Source: Candidatus Binatia bacterium (lineage in GTDB: Bacteria; Desulfobacterota; Binatia; UBA9968; JAJDTQ01). From it: DNA of 64,000 nucleotides. Position 1 is the stretch's first letter. Each line of letters begins with the position of its first letter. The notes below the pieces were generated by a model. That model saw only the letters and a program-made list of their open reading frames with translations. It was not told where the DNA came from and did no database searches. Positions 31,556-39,286 of the stretch are shown here, one piece after another. Location of the stretch: assembly GCA_963666515.2 (NCBI GenBank), contig OY762897.2:2752001-2816000 (forward strand). The letters are read 5' to 3'. Position numbers and translations under genes: made by a program.

Positions 31556-31861
31556 TTACAGCGGGATCACCCCGCACGTGATCAAACATTTTGCGCAAAC
31601 AATGCCGCTAGGATCGACTAGGCACAAGGGTACACAAGGTATGCAGACGACGATACCAGCGACTTGCTCACTTGCGCTCACACAAGGGTTGGTGGGGACG
31701 GGGTGTGCACTTACCCTATCTCCGATGTAGTTGTCCTCGATGACGGAGACATGGTTATCGCCAACGGGATTGACGTTGGCCTCGGCGTTCCAGGCCACTA
31801 CAAAACTTAACGCCAGCACTACCAAGGCCTTGGCAACAATGATGTACGTGACCGCTTTCAT
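31556..31861 (-). CDS. Secreted Cys-rich peptide precursor B (101 aa)
   Basis: Signal peptide (…AWNAEA), spacer, core CIPCVPLC-x8-CAKCLITC; GGAGG RBS; ATGA overlap with the upstream gene; paralogous to 32693-32998. Confidence 0.8.
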   Translation of the reverse strand: MKAVTYIIVAKALVVLALSFVVAWNAEANVNPVGDNHVSVIEDNYIGDRVSAHPVPTNPCVSASEQVAGIVVCIPCVPLCLVDPSGIVCAKCLITCGVIPL

Positions 31862-32037
31862 GAATCCTCCCATTTCTCGTTGGGCCGTGACGAAGAAATC
31901 GCGAAACGTTCTGTTGGTGTCACGATGCTCTTCTCCGGTCCTTTAGCCAGCTCAACCATGGGTCCTGCCTGCACCGTAGCCGCAAGAGCTACGACCACCA
32001 CCAAGGCAGCCAACAGCATCTCGAAAAAACTCCTCAT
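31858..32037 (-). CDS. Small secreted protein (59 aa, below the ORF-track cutoff)
   Basis: Manual translation MRSFFEMLLAALVVVVALAATVQA|GPMVELAKGPEKSIVTPTERFAISSSRPNEKWEDS; GGAGG RBS; ATGA overlaps at both ends. Confidence 0.7.
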   Translation of the reverse strand: MRSFFEMLLAALVVVVALAATVQAGPMVELAKGPEKSIVTPTERFAISSSRPNEKWEDS

Positions 32038-32669
32038 TTCCGCTCCTCCATCTCCTCGCTAGTGCATCCAAAGATGGATCGAAAAGCTGCTGCATCTCGT
32101 CTGATCCGAAAATCGCCGTCCTGCCTAAGGTATCGGCGCACCTCAGGATCGGCCATCCACTCTGGACACCAGCACGTCATTGAAAGAACGGCTTCCTTCG
32201 CCGACTCCCGGTCGCCGCTGCCGTCCCGATCGGTATAGACGCTGATCACCGCCAAGTGAGTCAGTACGAACGCTGGGCAAGTGTCCCGCGCGGCAAGTGC
32301 AGCATCTAGCGCATCGTCGTATCTTCCGAGCGATTTGAGGACATTTGCACGATTGATCTGGATGCTTGCCTCGCTGAATCTGACCTTAGCCATGGCCGCA
32401 TCCAATACGTTGAGTGCGTTTCTCGGGTCACCGGCCCCGAAGTATGACAGAGCGACCTCGTTCAGGGCGCCCGCATCGCCCGCTACCTCGGAGGGTGGGC
32501 GGGCCTCAATCTCGGCGATCGCGGCCTCAAAATTACCGGACCGCCGATAGGCTTTTGACGCTTCGATGACTTCCCGCGGCATGCGGGAAGTATGCCGGAC
32601 GGGAAGACCGTTAGTTGAAACTCTAATGCGACGAATTTGGCCCTTGGTGTCACTGAACTGTTTCATCAT
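32034..32669 (-). CDS. TPR-repeat protein (211 aa)
   Basis: TPR-like helices (ALNEVALSYFGAGDPRNALNVLDAAM; INRANVLKSLGRYDDALDAALAA); GAGGAGG RBS before ATG 32669. Confidence 0.72.
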   Translation of the reverse strand: MMKQFSDTKGQIRRIRVSTNGLPVRHTSRMPREVIEASKAYRRSGNFEAAIAEIEARPPSEVAGDAGALNEVALSYFGAGDPRNALNVLDAAMAKVRFSEASIQINRANVLKSLGRYDDALDAALAARDTCPAFVLTHLAVISVYTDRDGSGDRESAKEAVLSMTCWCPEWMADPEVRRYLRQDGDFRIRRDAAAFRSIFGCTSEEMEERK

Positions 32670-32692
32670 CGGTAACCTCCTCGCGGAACTGT

Positions 32693-32998
32693 CTATATGG
32701 GCGTAACCGAGCAAGTCGCCAAACAGGCACCGCAAGCTACCCCACCACTAAGGTCGAAGAAACAGACCGGTATGCAGACTACGCAATCGAGGCCGACGAC
32801 TTGCTGGCCTCCCTTAACACAGGACTTGGCGGGGATACGCTGCTCGCTGCCCCCGTCGCTACTGTCGTTGTCCTCCATGACGGCCACGAGGTCATCACCA
32901 ACGGGGTTCACCCTACCCTCAACATTCCACGCTGCCAGCAAGCTCAACGCCAGCACCGCGATTGCCTTCGCGAGTATCATATACGTCGCCGCTTTCAT
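32693..32998 (-). CDS. Secreted Cys-rich peptide precursor A (101 aa)
   Basis: Signal peptide (…AWNVEG), acidic spacer, core CVVCIPVC-x9-CGACLATC; AGGAGG RBS. Confidence 0.8.
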   Translation of the reverse strand: MKAATYMILAKAIAVLALSLLAAWNVEGRVNPVGDDLVAVMEDNDSSDGGSEQRIPAKSCVKGGQQVVGLDCVVCIPVCFFDLSGGVACGACLATCSVTPI

Positions 32999-33121
32999 AT
33001 GCTCCTCCTTTTCCTTTACGTTCGGTTTTACTGAGGTGATCCTGGATACAGCTGAACGGGCACCCGGTCTCGGCGGTCAGTGTACCGTGCCGCCGTGACG
33101 GTTGTTGACCCTCTTACGTTG

Positions 33122-33310
33122 CTACGGCGTGGGAAGCCACGCGATGACCGCCGCGGCTACGGAAGCGGTCACCGCCACCGCGGGCATTGCTGGTGCAGCC
33201 GCCACAGCAACGCCGATCAATGCGAGGCCAGCCAGGGGACCAGCAAGAGCAGCGGCCGGAACCGCTACTACGCAAAAGGCACCGAGCATCAGACTCAATA
33301 GCAATTTCAT
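33122..33310 (-). CDS. Small hydrophobic secreted peptide (62 aa)
   Basis: AAGGAG RBS; signal peptide ending AALA|GPL; mature part GPLAGLALIGVAVAAAPAMPAVAVTASVAAAVIAWLPTP has no charged residue. Confidence 0.72.
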   Translation of the reverse strand: MKLLLSLMLGAFCVVAVPAAALAGPLAGLALIGVAVAAAPAMPAVAVTASVAAAVIAWLPTP

Positions 33311-33409
33311 GGCGATTTCTCCTTTATGCAGGTTAACGACTTGGTTTTCCAGGATCACCTCTCACAGTGGTTAAGCGGTGCCCGTTGACATCGCAGATTT
33401 CGCCTGAAC

Positions 33410-34267
33410 CTAGGGCTTGCGACAAAGGTTTCCATCTGATACTCGCCCGAGCGCTTGTACTGTAGCGAAAAGATCACGGCGGCACGTCTCCTTCGACACT
33501 CCTAGCGTATCCTTAATCGCCTTTTCTGCTGCACGGAGCTCTGTACGAATTGTTTCCACTGACACGTCGAGAGTCTTCGCGACGGTCTTTGCGGCGACGC
33601 GACAACCAACCTCAAAACCAAGACGACTAATCTCGTCCGCAGTCCCACGATCTAGCAACTCCGTGGAAACTCCCTTGCGCAAGATCAGGACAACGAGTCG
33701 GCGCTGCGGCATGGATCGAAGTACGCTCCGAATCCTCCGCCGAAGCTCCCTCTGAATCCGCGGATCATGCCGTTTGTATTCTTCCCGTTCGATGTGCACG
33801 TCCTCAGGCGAAGCAGTCTTCAACTTGTCAACCGCCTCGGCTTGAATCGGCACCATCCGACCCTGATTTCTGAGGACGCCGGCTACGATTCCTGGACCTG
33901 TCGGGCTTCCCAACAGCGCTTTCAGGCCACCAGCAAGGCCAGGGCCAGCTTGAAAGGTGAACTTCGGCAACGGCCGAGACAGACCGAGTTCCTCCACATC
34001 GCCTCCCGAGGCTGCGTGTACAATCCCCCAAGCCAGGTAGATTGCGTCGCTAACGACTTCGTCAGGGTCGGCGACGCCAAACCTCCTAGCATTTTCGACG
34101 AGCTTGGGCCGCTCTCGTTCCACGATCTTGTCAAAGAGCTTCCAGAGCCGCATCCGCTCTCCCTGCCGAAGAGTACTTGCCTTCGAATACAACCGCAGGA
34201 ACTCGTCCTCGTCGCTGCCGGTCGGCCCAGCCTGCACGGCAATCCTACGTTTTGCGATTTCATGCAT
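33410..34267 (-). CDS. Divergent sigma-70/ECF-like RNA polymerase sigma factor
   Basis: Region-2-like LFDKIVERERPKLVENARRFGVADPDEVVSDAIYLAW; region-4-like LRSMPQRRLVVLILR...KTVAKTLDVSVETIRTELRAAEKAIK; AAGGAGG RBS. Confidence 0.7.
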   Translation of the reverse strand: MHEIAKRRIAVQAGPTGSDEDEFLRLYSKASTLRQGERMRLWKLFDKIVERERPKLVENARRFGVADPDEVVSDAIYLAWGIVHAASGGDVEELGLSRPLPKFTFQAGPGLAGGLKALLGSPTGPGIVAGVLRNQGRMVPIQAEAVDKLKTASPEDVHIEREEYKRHDPRIQRELRRRIRSVLRSMPQRRLVVLILRKGVSTELLDRGTADEISRLGFEVGCRVAAKTVAKTLDVSVETIRTELRAAEKAIKDTLGVSKETCRRDLFATVQALGRVSDGNLCRKP

Positions 34268-34702
34268 CAGGCTCCCTCCTTTTCAGATTTCGCGGAAGAT
34301 TGTGGCACAGTAGGTGTGAAATGAGTGTGACCACGATGGGTACATCGGTGACACTCGCGGCATTGGTCCGTGCCGAAGCTGTGCCGGGAGTTGAAGGCGT
34401 TCCGAAGCCGGGCTACGAGGCGCATGCTCGAAGGGAACATTCACCACGGGAGCGAAGACGGTCGTTGGCGTTGGGGCCGCATCGCGGAGATGCGACGGGC
34501 CGAGTTCAGTTGCCTAGGAGTCTGCCCCGTAGAAAAGCCGACATGGGAGGGGGCATTAAGAGAGGAGAGAGAAGGCAAGGCGAGGAAGGAGGGGGGAGTG
34601 CCGACGAGCTAGCGAGCGTATGAACCTGGACAGACTGAGGTGGTCCCGGAAAATCGGACAGGTTGCTAAGGTGTATTCCACCGACGGAAGGAGGGATACG
34701 CG

Positions 34703-34984
34703 ATGAGCACACGGAGACGGTTCAGCGGGGACTTCAAGGCGAAGGTAGCCCTGGAGGCGCTGAGGGGGGACAAGACGATCCAGGAGATCGCGACCCGGCA
34801 CAAGGTCCACCCGAACCAGGTGAGCGCCTGGAAACAGCGGGCGGTGGAAGGGATGAAGGAGGTCTTCAGCAAGGGGACGGAGCGGACTCGTGGGGACCAC
34901 GAGACGGAGATCCGCGACCAGCACGCGAAGATCGGGGAGTTGACGGTGGAGCGGGATTTTTTAGCCAGAGGGCTCAAGTGGTGA
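34703..34984 (+). CDS. IS3-family transposase OrfA (HTH)
   Basis: RRRFSGDFKAKVALEALRGDKTIQEIATRHKVHPNQVSAWK...KIGELTVERDFL. Confidence 0.88.
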   Translation: MSTRRRFSGDFKAKVALEALRGDKTIQEIATRHKVHPNQVSAWKQRAVEGMKEVFSKGTERTRGDHETEIRDQHAKIGELTVERDFLARGLKW

Positions 34985-35371
34985 GCCGGGAGGAGCGCCG
35001 GGCGATGATCGAGCCCGGCCATCCCAAGCTCAGCTTGAGCCGTCAATGCCGCCTGCTTCGCGTGAGCCGTTCGTCTGTGTACCACACCCCCAAGGGCGAG
35101 AGCGCGGAGAATCTGGCGCTGATGCGGCGGATCGATGAGTTGTTTCTCAACTACCCGTTCTACGGCAGCCGCCAGATGGCCCGTCATCTGTGGCGGGAAG
35201 GCGTGCGGGTGGGGCGTCACCGGGTGCGGCGTCTGATGCGCTTGATGGGCCTACAGGCCATCTACCAAGCGCCCCGGACCACTACCCGCCATTCCTCAGC
35301 ACCGGGTCTGTCCCTACCTTCTCAAGGGGCTTGCCATCGAACGGCCCAATCACGTGTGGTGCGCCGACATC
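34981..35371 (+). pseudogene. IS-A OrfB, 5' part (frameshifted, intron-interrupted)
   Basis: LSLSRQCRLLRVSRSSVY...PFYGSRQM...RVRRLMRLMGL; frameshift near 35295; ends WCADI. Confidence 0.82.
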
Positions 35372-37499
35372 GAGCGCCACGAGGCGTTCTTGAACCTTGC
35401 GGTGGTGAGAGACCACCGCCGTCAGCCTGTCGCAGCAGGCTGAATGAAGCTGAGGGCAGCCCGACCCGAGGGACATCGGCAAGGGTGGAAGCAGCCCTGA
35501 CAACGACGGGACGCGCCAGCACTGTCAGATGGCGTGGGTCCGGCAAGCGAGACGGAAAGGTGTACGCGAGGAACCAGCGGCGGAAAGCCCCTAAAGCGCG
35601 AACCACCAGCTCCAACCTGACAGATAAGGGCTGGGTTGCAACGCACACCCGACGGGTCTGGCCGGTCGGGGAACTCCTGGGCTGGTAGATGTCGCCAGCA
35701 GGGAGGCCATGGTGAAGGACTGCGGCGTAGCCGTGGCGAAGTTGCAGGGGCATAGCTGGGCACCGACCCCGTTGAAGGGTTCGAGAGTGAACGTGGGAAC
35801 CACTCCGTTGGTCCCTGCCAACTTGGTGGGGAAGACCTGTCGCCGGTTGATGTCGGCGGAGTGGGGCGGAGGACCCGTAGTAGTCTGGGCACGGGAAAGC
35901 CGTGTACATGGCGAAGGGGTCCAGTGTGCTCACGGCTTCAACGCAAAACGAGGAGGACGCTGGTGAATACCGGTGCTTCATGGCTTGGTCCGATCGAGGC
36001 TGAGTCACGAGTACTTGCGATGCAGACGAAGCTGAACCGTTGGGCGGCAGCCGATCCCGGCCGTCGCTTCGATGACCTGTACAACCTCGTCTATGATCCG
36101 GCGTTTCTCGTTACGGCGTGGCGTCGGGTGCGGGGAAACAAGGGCGCACGAACCGCTGGCGTCGATGGAGTAGCACCGCGGTCCATCGGCTCCGGTACGA
36201 AGACACTGCTGGCTGGGTTGAGAGAAATACTCAAGGCCCGCCGGTTTGTGCCGCAACGGGTGCGGGAGAAGACGATCCCGAAGGCGGGCGACAAAGTCCG
36301 CTCGCTGGGTATTCCGACGACCGCAGACCGGGTCGTGCAAGCTTCCTTGAAGCTGGTGCTCGAGCCTATCTTCGAGGCGGACTTCAAGCCGTGTTCCTAT
36401 GGCTTCCGTCCGAAGCGCCGTGCAAAGGACGCCATCGCCGAGATTCACTACCTCGCCTCACCAACCCGGAATTATCACTGGGTCTTCGAGGCGGACATCA
36501 AGGCGTGCTTCGATGAGATCGACCACACGGGCCGGATGGAACGGGTGCGACATCGAATCGCGGACAAGCGTATCCTGAGCTTGGTCAAGGCGTTTCTCAA
36601 GGCCGGCGTCCTCTGTGAGGACCAAACCAGCCGCGAAACGATCACCGGCACTCCCCAAGGCGGAATCCTCTCACCGCTACTCGCCAACATCGCCTTGTCC
36701 ATCCTGGACGAGCACTTTACCCGGAGGTGGGATTCCCTCGGTCCGTCATGGACCCGCATCAAGCGTCGTCGCGCCGGAGAACCGGTGATGCGGCTCGTCC
36801 GCTATGCGGATGACTTCGTGGTCCTGGTCCACGGGACCCGACAAGACGCCGAAGCGCTCTGGAATGAGGTGACGGCGGTTCTCGCTCCGATCAGTCTACG
36901 GCTGTCGGAAGAGAAAACGAGAGTCTGTCACGTAGACGAGGGGTTCGACTTCCTCGGCTGGCGTATCCAGCGCCGGAACCGCAGGGGGCAACATGGCAGG
37001 AAGGCTATCTACACCTACCCGTCGAAAAAGGCGCTTGTCTCGATCATCGGGAGGGTCCGCAAGCTGACCCGCCGTGCATCTCATCGAACGCTTGCAGCCC
37101 TGTTGCGCCGGCTCAACCCGGTGTTGCGAGGCTGGTGCAACTATTTCCGGCACGGGGTGTCGTCACGGACGTTCAACTACGTCGACCATTTCGCCTTCTG
37201 GCGTATCGTCGGCTGGCTCCGGAAACGACATCTCGGGCTGAGCATGCATACCTTGGTGAGACGCTTTCTTCCTGGCTGGACGATTCGTGAAGGCGGTGTC
37301 AAGCTGCTTCGCCCGTCCAAAATTGCCGTTGAACGCTATCGGTTCCGGGGCAACCGGATCCCAACACCTTGGCCAAGCACTCCGACGGCATGAGCACATG
37401 GAGAGCCGGATGCGGTGAGAGTCGCACGTCCGGTTCGGAGGGCGGGCCGGAGAAACCCATCGCTCGAAAGACGACAGGGCGCTCCCGTCCGACCCCTAC
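35372..37499 (+). mobile_element. Group II intron (intron 1), apparently full length
   Basis: 5' end GAGCG (canonical GUGYG); RT ORF; domain V GAGCCGGATGCGGTGAGAGTCGCACGTCCGGTTC at 37403-37436; domain VI ending CCCCTAC. Confidence 0.88.
35963..37393 (+). CDS. ltrA: Group II intron reverse transcriptase/maturase (no endonuclease domain)
   Basis: NKGARTAGVDG, LGIPTTADRVVQ, SYGFRP, EADIKACFD, GTPQGGILSPLLANI, RYADD, GFDFLG, LNPVLRGWCNYF; GAGGAGG RBS before GTG 35963. Confidence 0.93.
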   Translation: MNTGASWLGPIEAESRVLAMQTKLNRWAAADPGRRFDDLYNLVYDPAFLVTAWRRVRGNKGARTAGVDGVAPRSIGSGTKTLLAGLREILKARRFVPQRVREKTIPKAGDKVRSLGIPTTADRVVQASLKLVLEPIFEADFKPCSYGFRPKRRAKDAIAEIHYLASPTRNYHWVFEADIKACFDEIDHTGRMERVRHRIADKRILSLVKAFLKAGVLCEDQTSRETITGTPQGGILSPLLANIALSILDEHFTRRWDSLGPSWTRIKRRRAGEPVMRLVRYADDFVVLVHGTRQDAEALWNEVTAVLAPISLRLSEEKTRVCHVDEGFDFLGWRIQRRNRRGQHGRKAIYTYPSKKALVSIIGRVRKLTRRASHRTLAALLRRLNPVLRGWCNYFRHGVSSRTFNYVDHFAFWRIVGWLRKRHLGLSMHTLVRRFLPGWTIREGGVKLLRPSKIAVERYRFRGNRIPTPWPSTPTA

Positions 37500-38158
37500 A
37501 CGTACGTGCCGACCTGGACGGGGTTCGTGTACTTGGCCATGGTGCTCGACGTGTTCAGCCGCAAGGTCGTGGGGTGGGCCATGGCTGGTCATCTTCGTAC
37601 CGAACTGGTGCTCGCAGCGCTCAACATGGCCATCGGACAGCGCCGCCCCACAGAGGTGGTCCATCATTCCGACAAGGGCTCCCAGTACACCTCGCTGGCC
37701 TTCGGCAAGCGCTGCCGCCAGATGGGAGTGCTGACCTCCACCGGGTCGGCCGGGGATTGCTACGACAACGCCATGGCCAAGAGCTTCTTCGCCACCCTGG
37801 AGTGCGAGCTGATCAAGCGGCAGGCGTTCCACACCCAGGCTGAGGCACGCATGGCCGTCTTCCAGTTCATCGAGGGCTGGTACAACACCCGACGCCGGCA
37901 CTCCGCCCTGGGCTACCTGAGCCCCAACGACTTTGAGCGCGCCGCTGCGGCGGCTGGGGCGCGTCCTGAGGGCGACAGTGGCCCGGACCAGGAGACCGAC
38001 CCTGTCGTCTTCCTGATCCCCGAGCCGGATGTCCATGACCGCCCTCCGGGGCTACCCTATCCCTCGGCAATGGGGAACGCTATGTTTCCAACGGCTGTCG
38101 CGCACCTCAGTGCTGGTGCACACAGCCCTCAACTGTCCACTGAAATGGGGTAACGCCA
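37500..38158 (+). mobile_element. 3' half of a second, different IS3-family element ('IS-B') with its right IR
   Basis: TYVPTWTGFVYLAMVLDVFSRKVVGW...HSDKGSQY...CYDNA...YNTRRRHSALGYLSP; terminus ...ACTGTCCACTGAAATGGGGTAACGCCA. Confidence 0.85.
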
Positions 38159-38340
38159 GGGAGGCATTCGAGCGAATCAAGCAAGAGAATCCGTTGCCGC
38201 GCCCGAAGCTGAGGCTGTCCTATACGGAGCTTCAGCGATGCGCGGTGCTGTGAATCAATCTCTGAAGAGCGCCGTGCGGGAAATCCGCATGCGGCGTTCT
38301 GTGGGAGCCGGAGGCGGGCGACCGCCTTCGGCGACCCGGT
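38159..38340 (+). mobile_element. 3' remnant of a second, distinct group II intron (RT tail plus domains V-VI)
   Basis: (W)EAFERIKQENPLPRPKL...stop 38253; domain V GAGCGCCGTGCGGGAAATCCGCATGCGGCGTTC; domain VI ending GACCCGGT. Confidence 0.78.
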
Positions 38341-38395
38341 GGCCGGAGAAACCCATCGCTCGAAAGACGACAGGGCGCTCCGGTCCGACCCCTAC
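38341..38395 (+). repeat. Second copy of intron 1 domain VI
   Basis: 54/55 identical to 37445-37499. Confidence 0.92.
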
Positions 38396-38940
38396 ACCTA
38401 CATCCCCGTCCAGAAGGGCTTCCTGTACCGGGTGGCCATCATGGACTGGGCCACCCGCCGGGTGCTCTCTTGGCGGCTGTCCAACACTCTCGATGCCGGC
38501 TTCTGCACAGAGGCCCTCTTAGACTTAGAAGCCCCGGAGCGCTACGGCCGGCCCGAAATCTTCAACATCGACCAGGGCAGCCAGTTCACCAGCCTGGAGT
38601 TCACCTCCGTGCTCAAAGACTCAGGGGTTGCCATCTCCATGGATGGCAGGGCCGCTGCCTGGACAACACCTTCATCGAGCGCCTGTGGCGTTCGCTCAAG
38701 TACGAGGCCGTCTACCTCCACGAACTCTCTGACGGATTCCAGGCCAAGCGGGTGACCTCAAGCTGGGTCGCCTTTTACAATTCCGAGCGTCCTCACTCTG
38801 CCCTGGCCGGTTTCACCCCTGCCGAGGCATACGACCACGGACTGCCCACCGAGACCCGGACCAAGCCTCACCGCCCACCCGCGTCTCTCCCGGCTCCACC
38901 GGAACACCAGGACGTGTTAAACAGGACTCTGGCGGCATGA
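38396..38940 (+). pseudogene. IS-A OrfB, 3' part (integrase core, frameshifted)
   Basis: TYIPVQKGFLY...DWATRRVLSW...DQGSQFTS...DNTFIERLWRSLKYE...YNSERPHSAL. Confidence 0.85.
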
Positions 38941-39133
38941 TCTTATGTTCGGGTATACACCTTATTTCTGCCGCCTCCCTGTCCTACAAACCAGGACCAC
39001 ATCAAGGACCTGTCACAGAAAAGGGCCGCGGAGTCACAGATTTATCACAGTTCTTGTGATTAAATTTGTTGGGTGGGTTGTCTTGCTGGACCGATTGACA
39101 ACCGTTAAGGCGTTGATGGAGGACATTGACAGT

Positions 39134-39274
39134 ATGAAACCTATCACCAGTGTTCTTGGATTGGTGCTGTTGTCCGTCACCGTGACTTTGGCAGCATGGG
39201 CCCATCCGGGGCCCACCAATAGCGACGGTTGTCACGTGGACCCTGAGACCGGGCATTATCATTGCCACCCTTGA
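39134..39274 (+). CDS. Minimal secreted YHYH-domain-like protein (46 aa)
   Basis: Signal peptide ending AWA|HPGPTNSDGCHVDPETGHYHCHP; GGAGG upstream. Confidence 0.72.
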   Translation: MKPITSVLGLVLLSVTVTLAAWAHPGPTNSDGCHVDPETGHYHCHP

Positions 39275-39286
39275 GGACCGCGCGTC

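Larger units (their letters stand above)
34636..39004 (+). mobile_element. IS3-family element 'IS-A' interrupted by nested group II intron/IS fragments
   Basis: IRs TGAGGTGGTCCCGGAAAATCGGAC / TGATGTGGTCCTGGTTTGTAGGAC; OrfB split as ...PNHVWCADI (ends 35371) and TYIPVQKGFLY... (resumes 38396). Confidence 0.88.

Noticed and set aside
31556-32998. Cys motifs as radical-SAM/ferredoxin clusters or ranthipeptide substrates
   Set aside because: The spacing is CxxCxxxC in exported peptides, and no radical SAM or other maturase is present in the window; cannot be excluded in trans
34320-34630. Short ORFs between the sigma gene and IS-A
   Set aside because: No recognisable motif or convincing RBS; probably regulatory or degenerate DNA
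35861-37393. RT as a retron, DGR or defence RT
   Set aside because: It has a maturase X domain and flanking domain V/VI RNA structure, so it is a group II intron; no TR/VR pair with adenine-specific mismatches was seen
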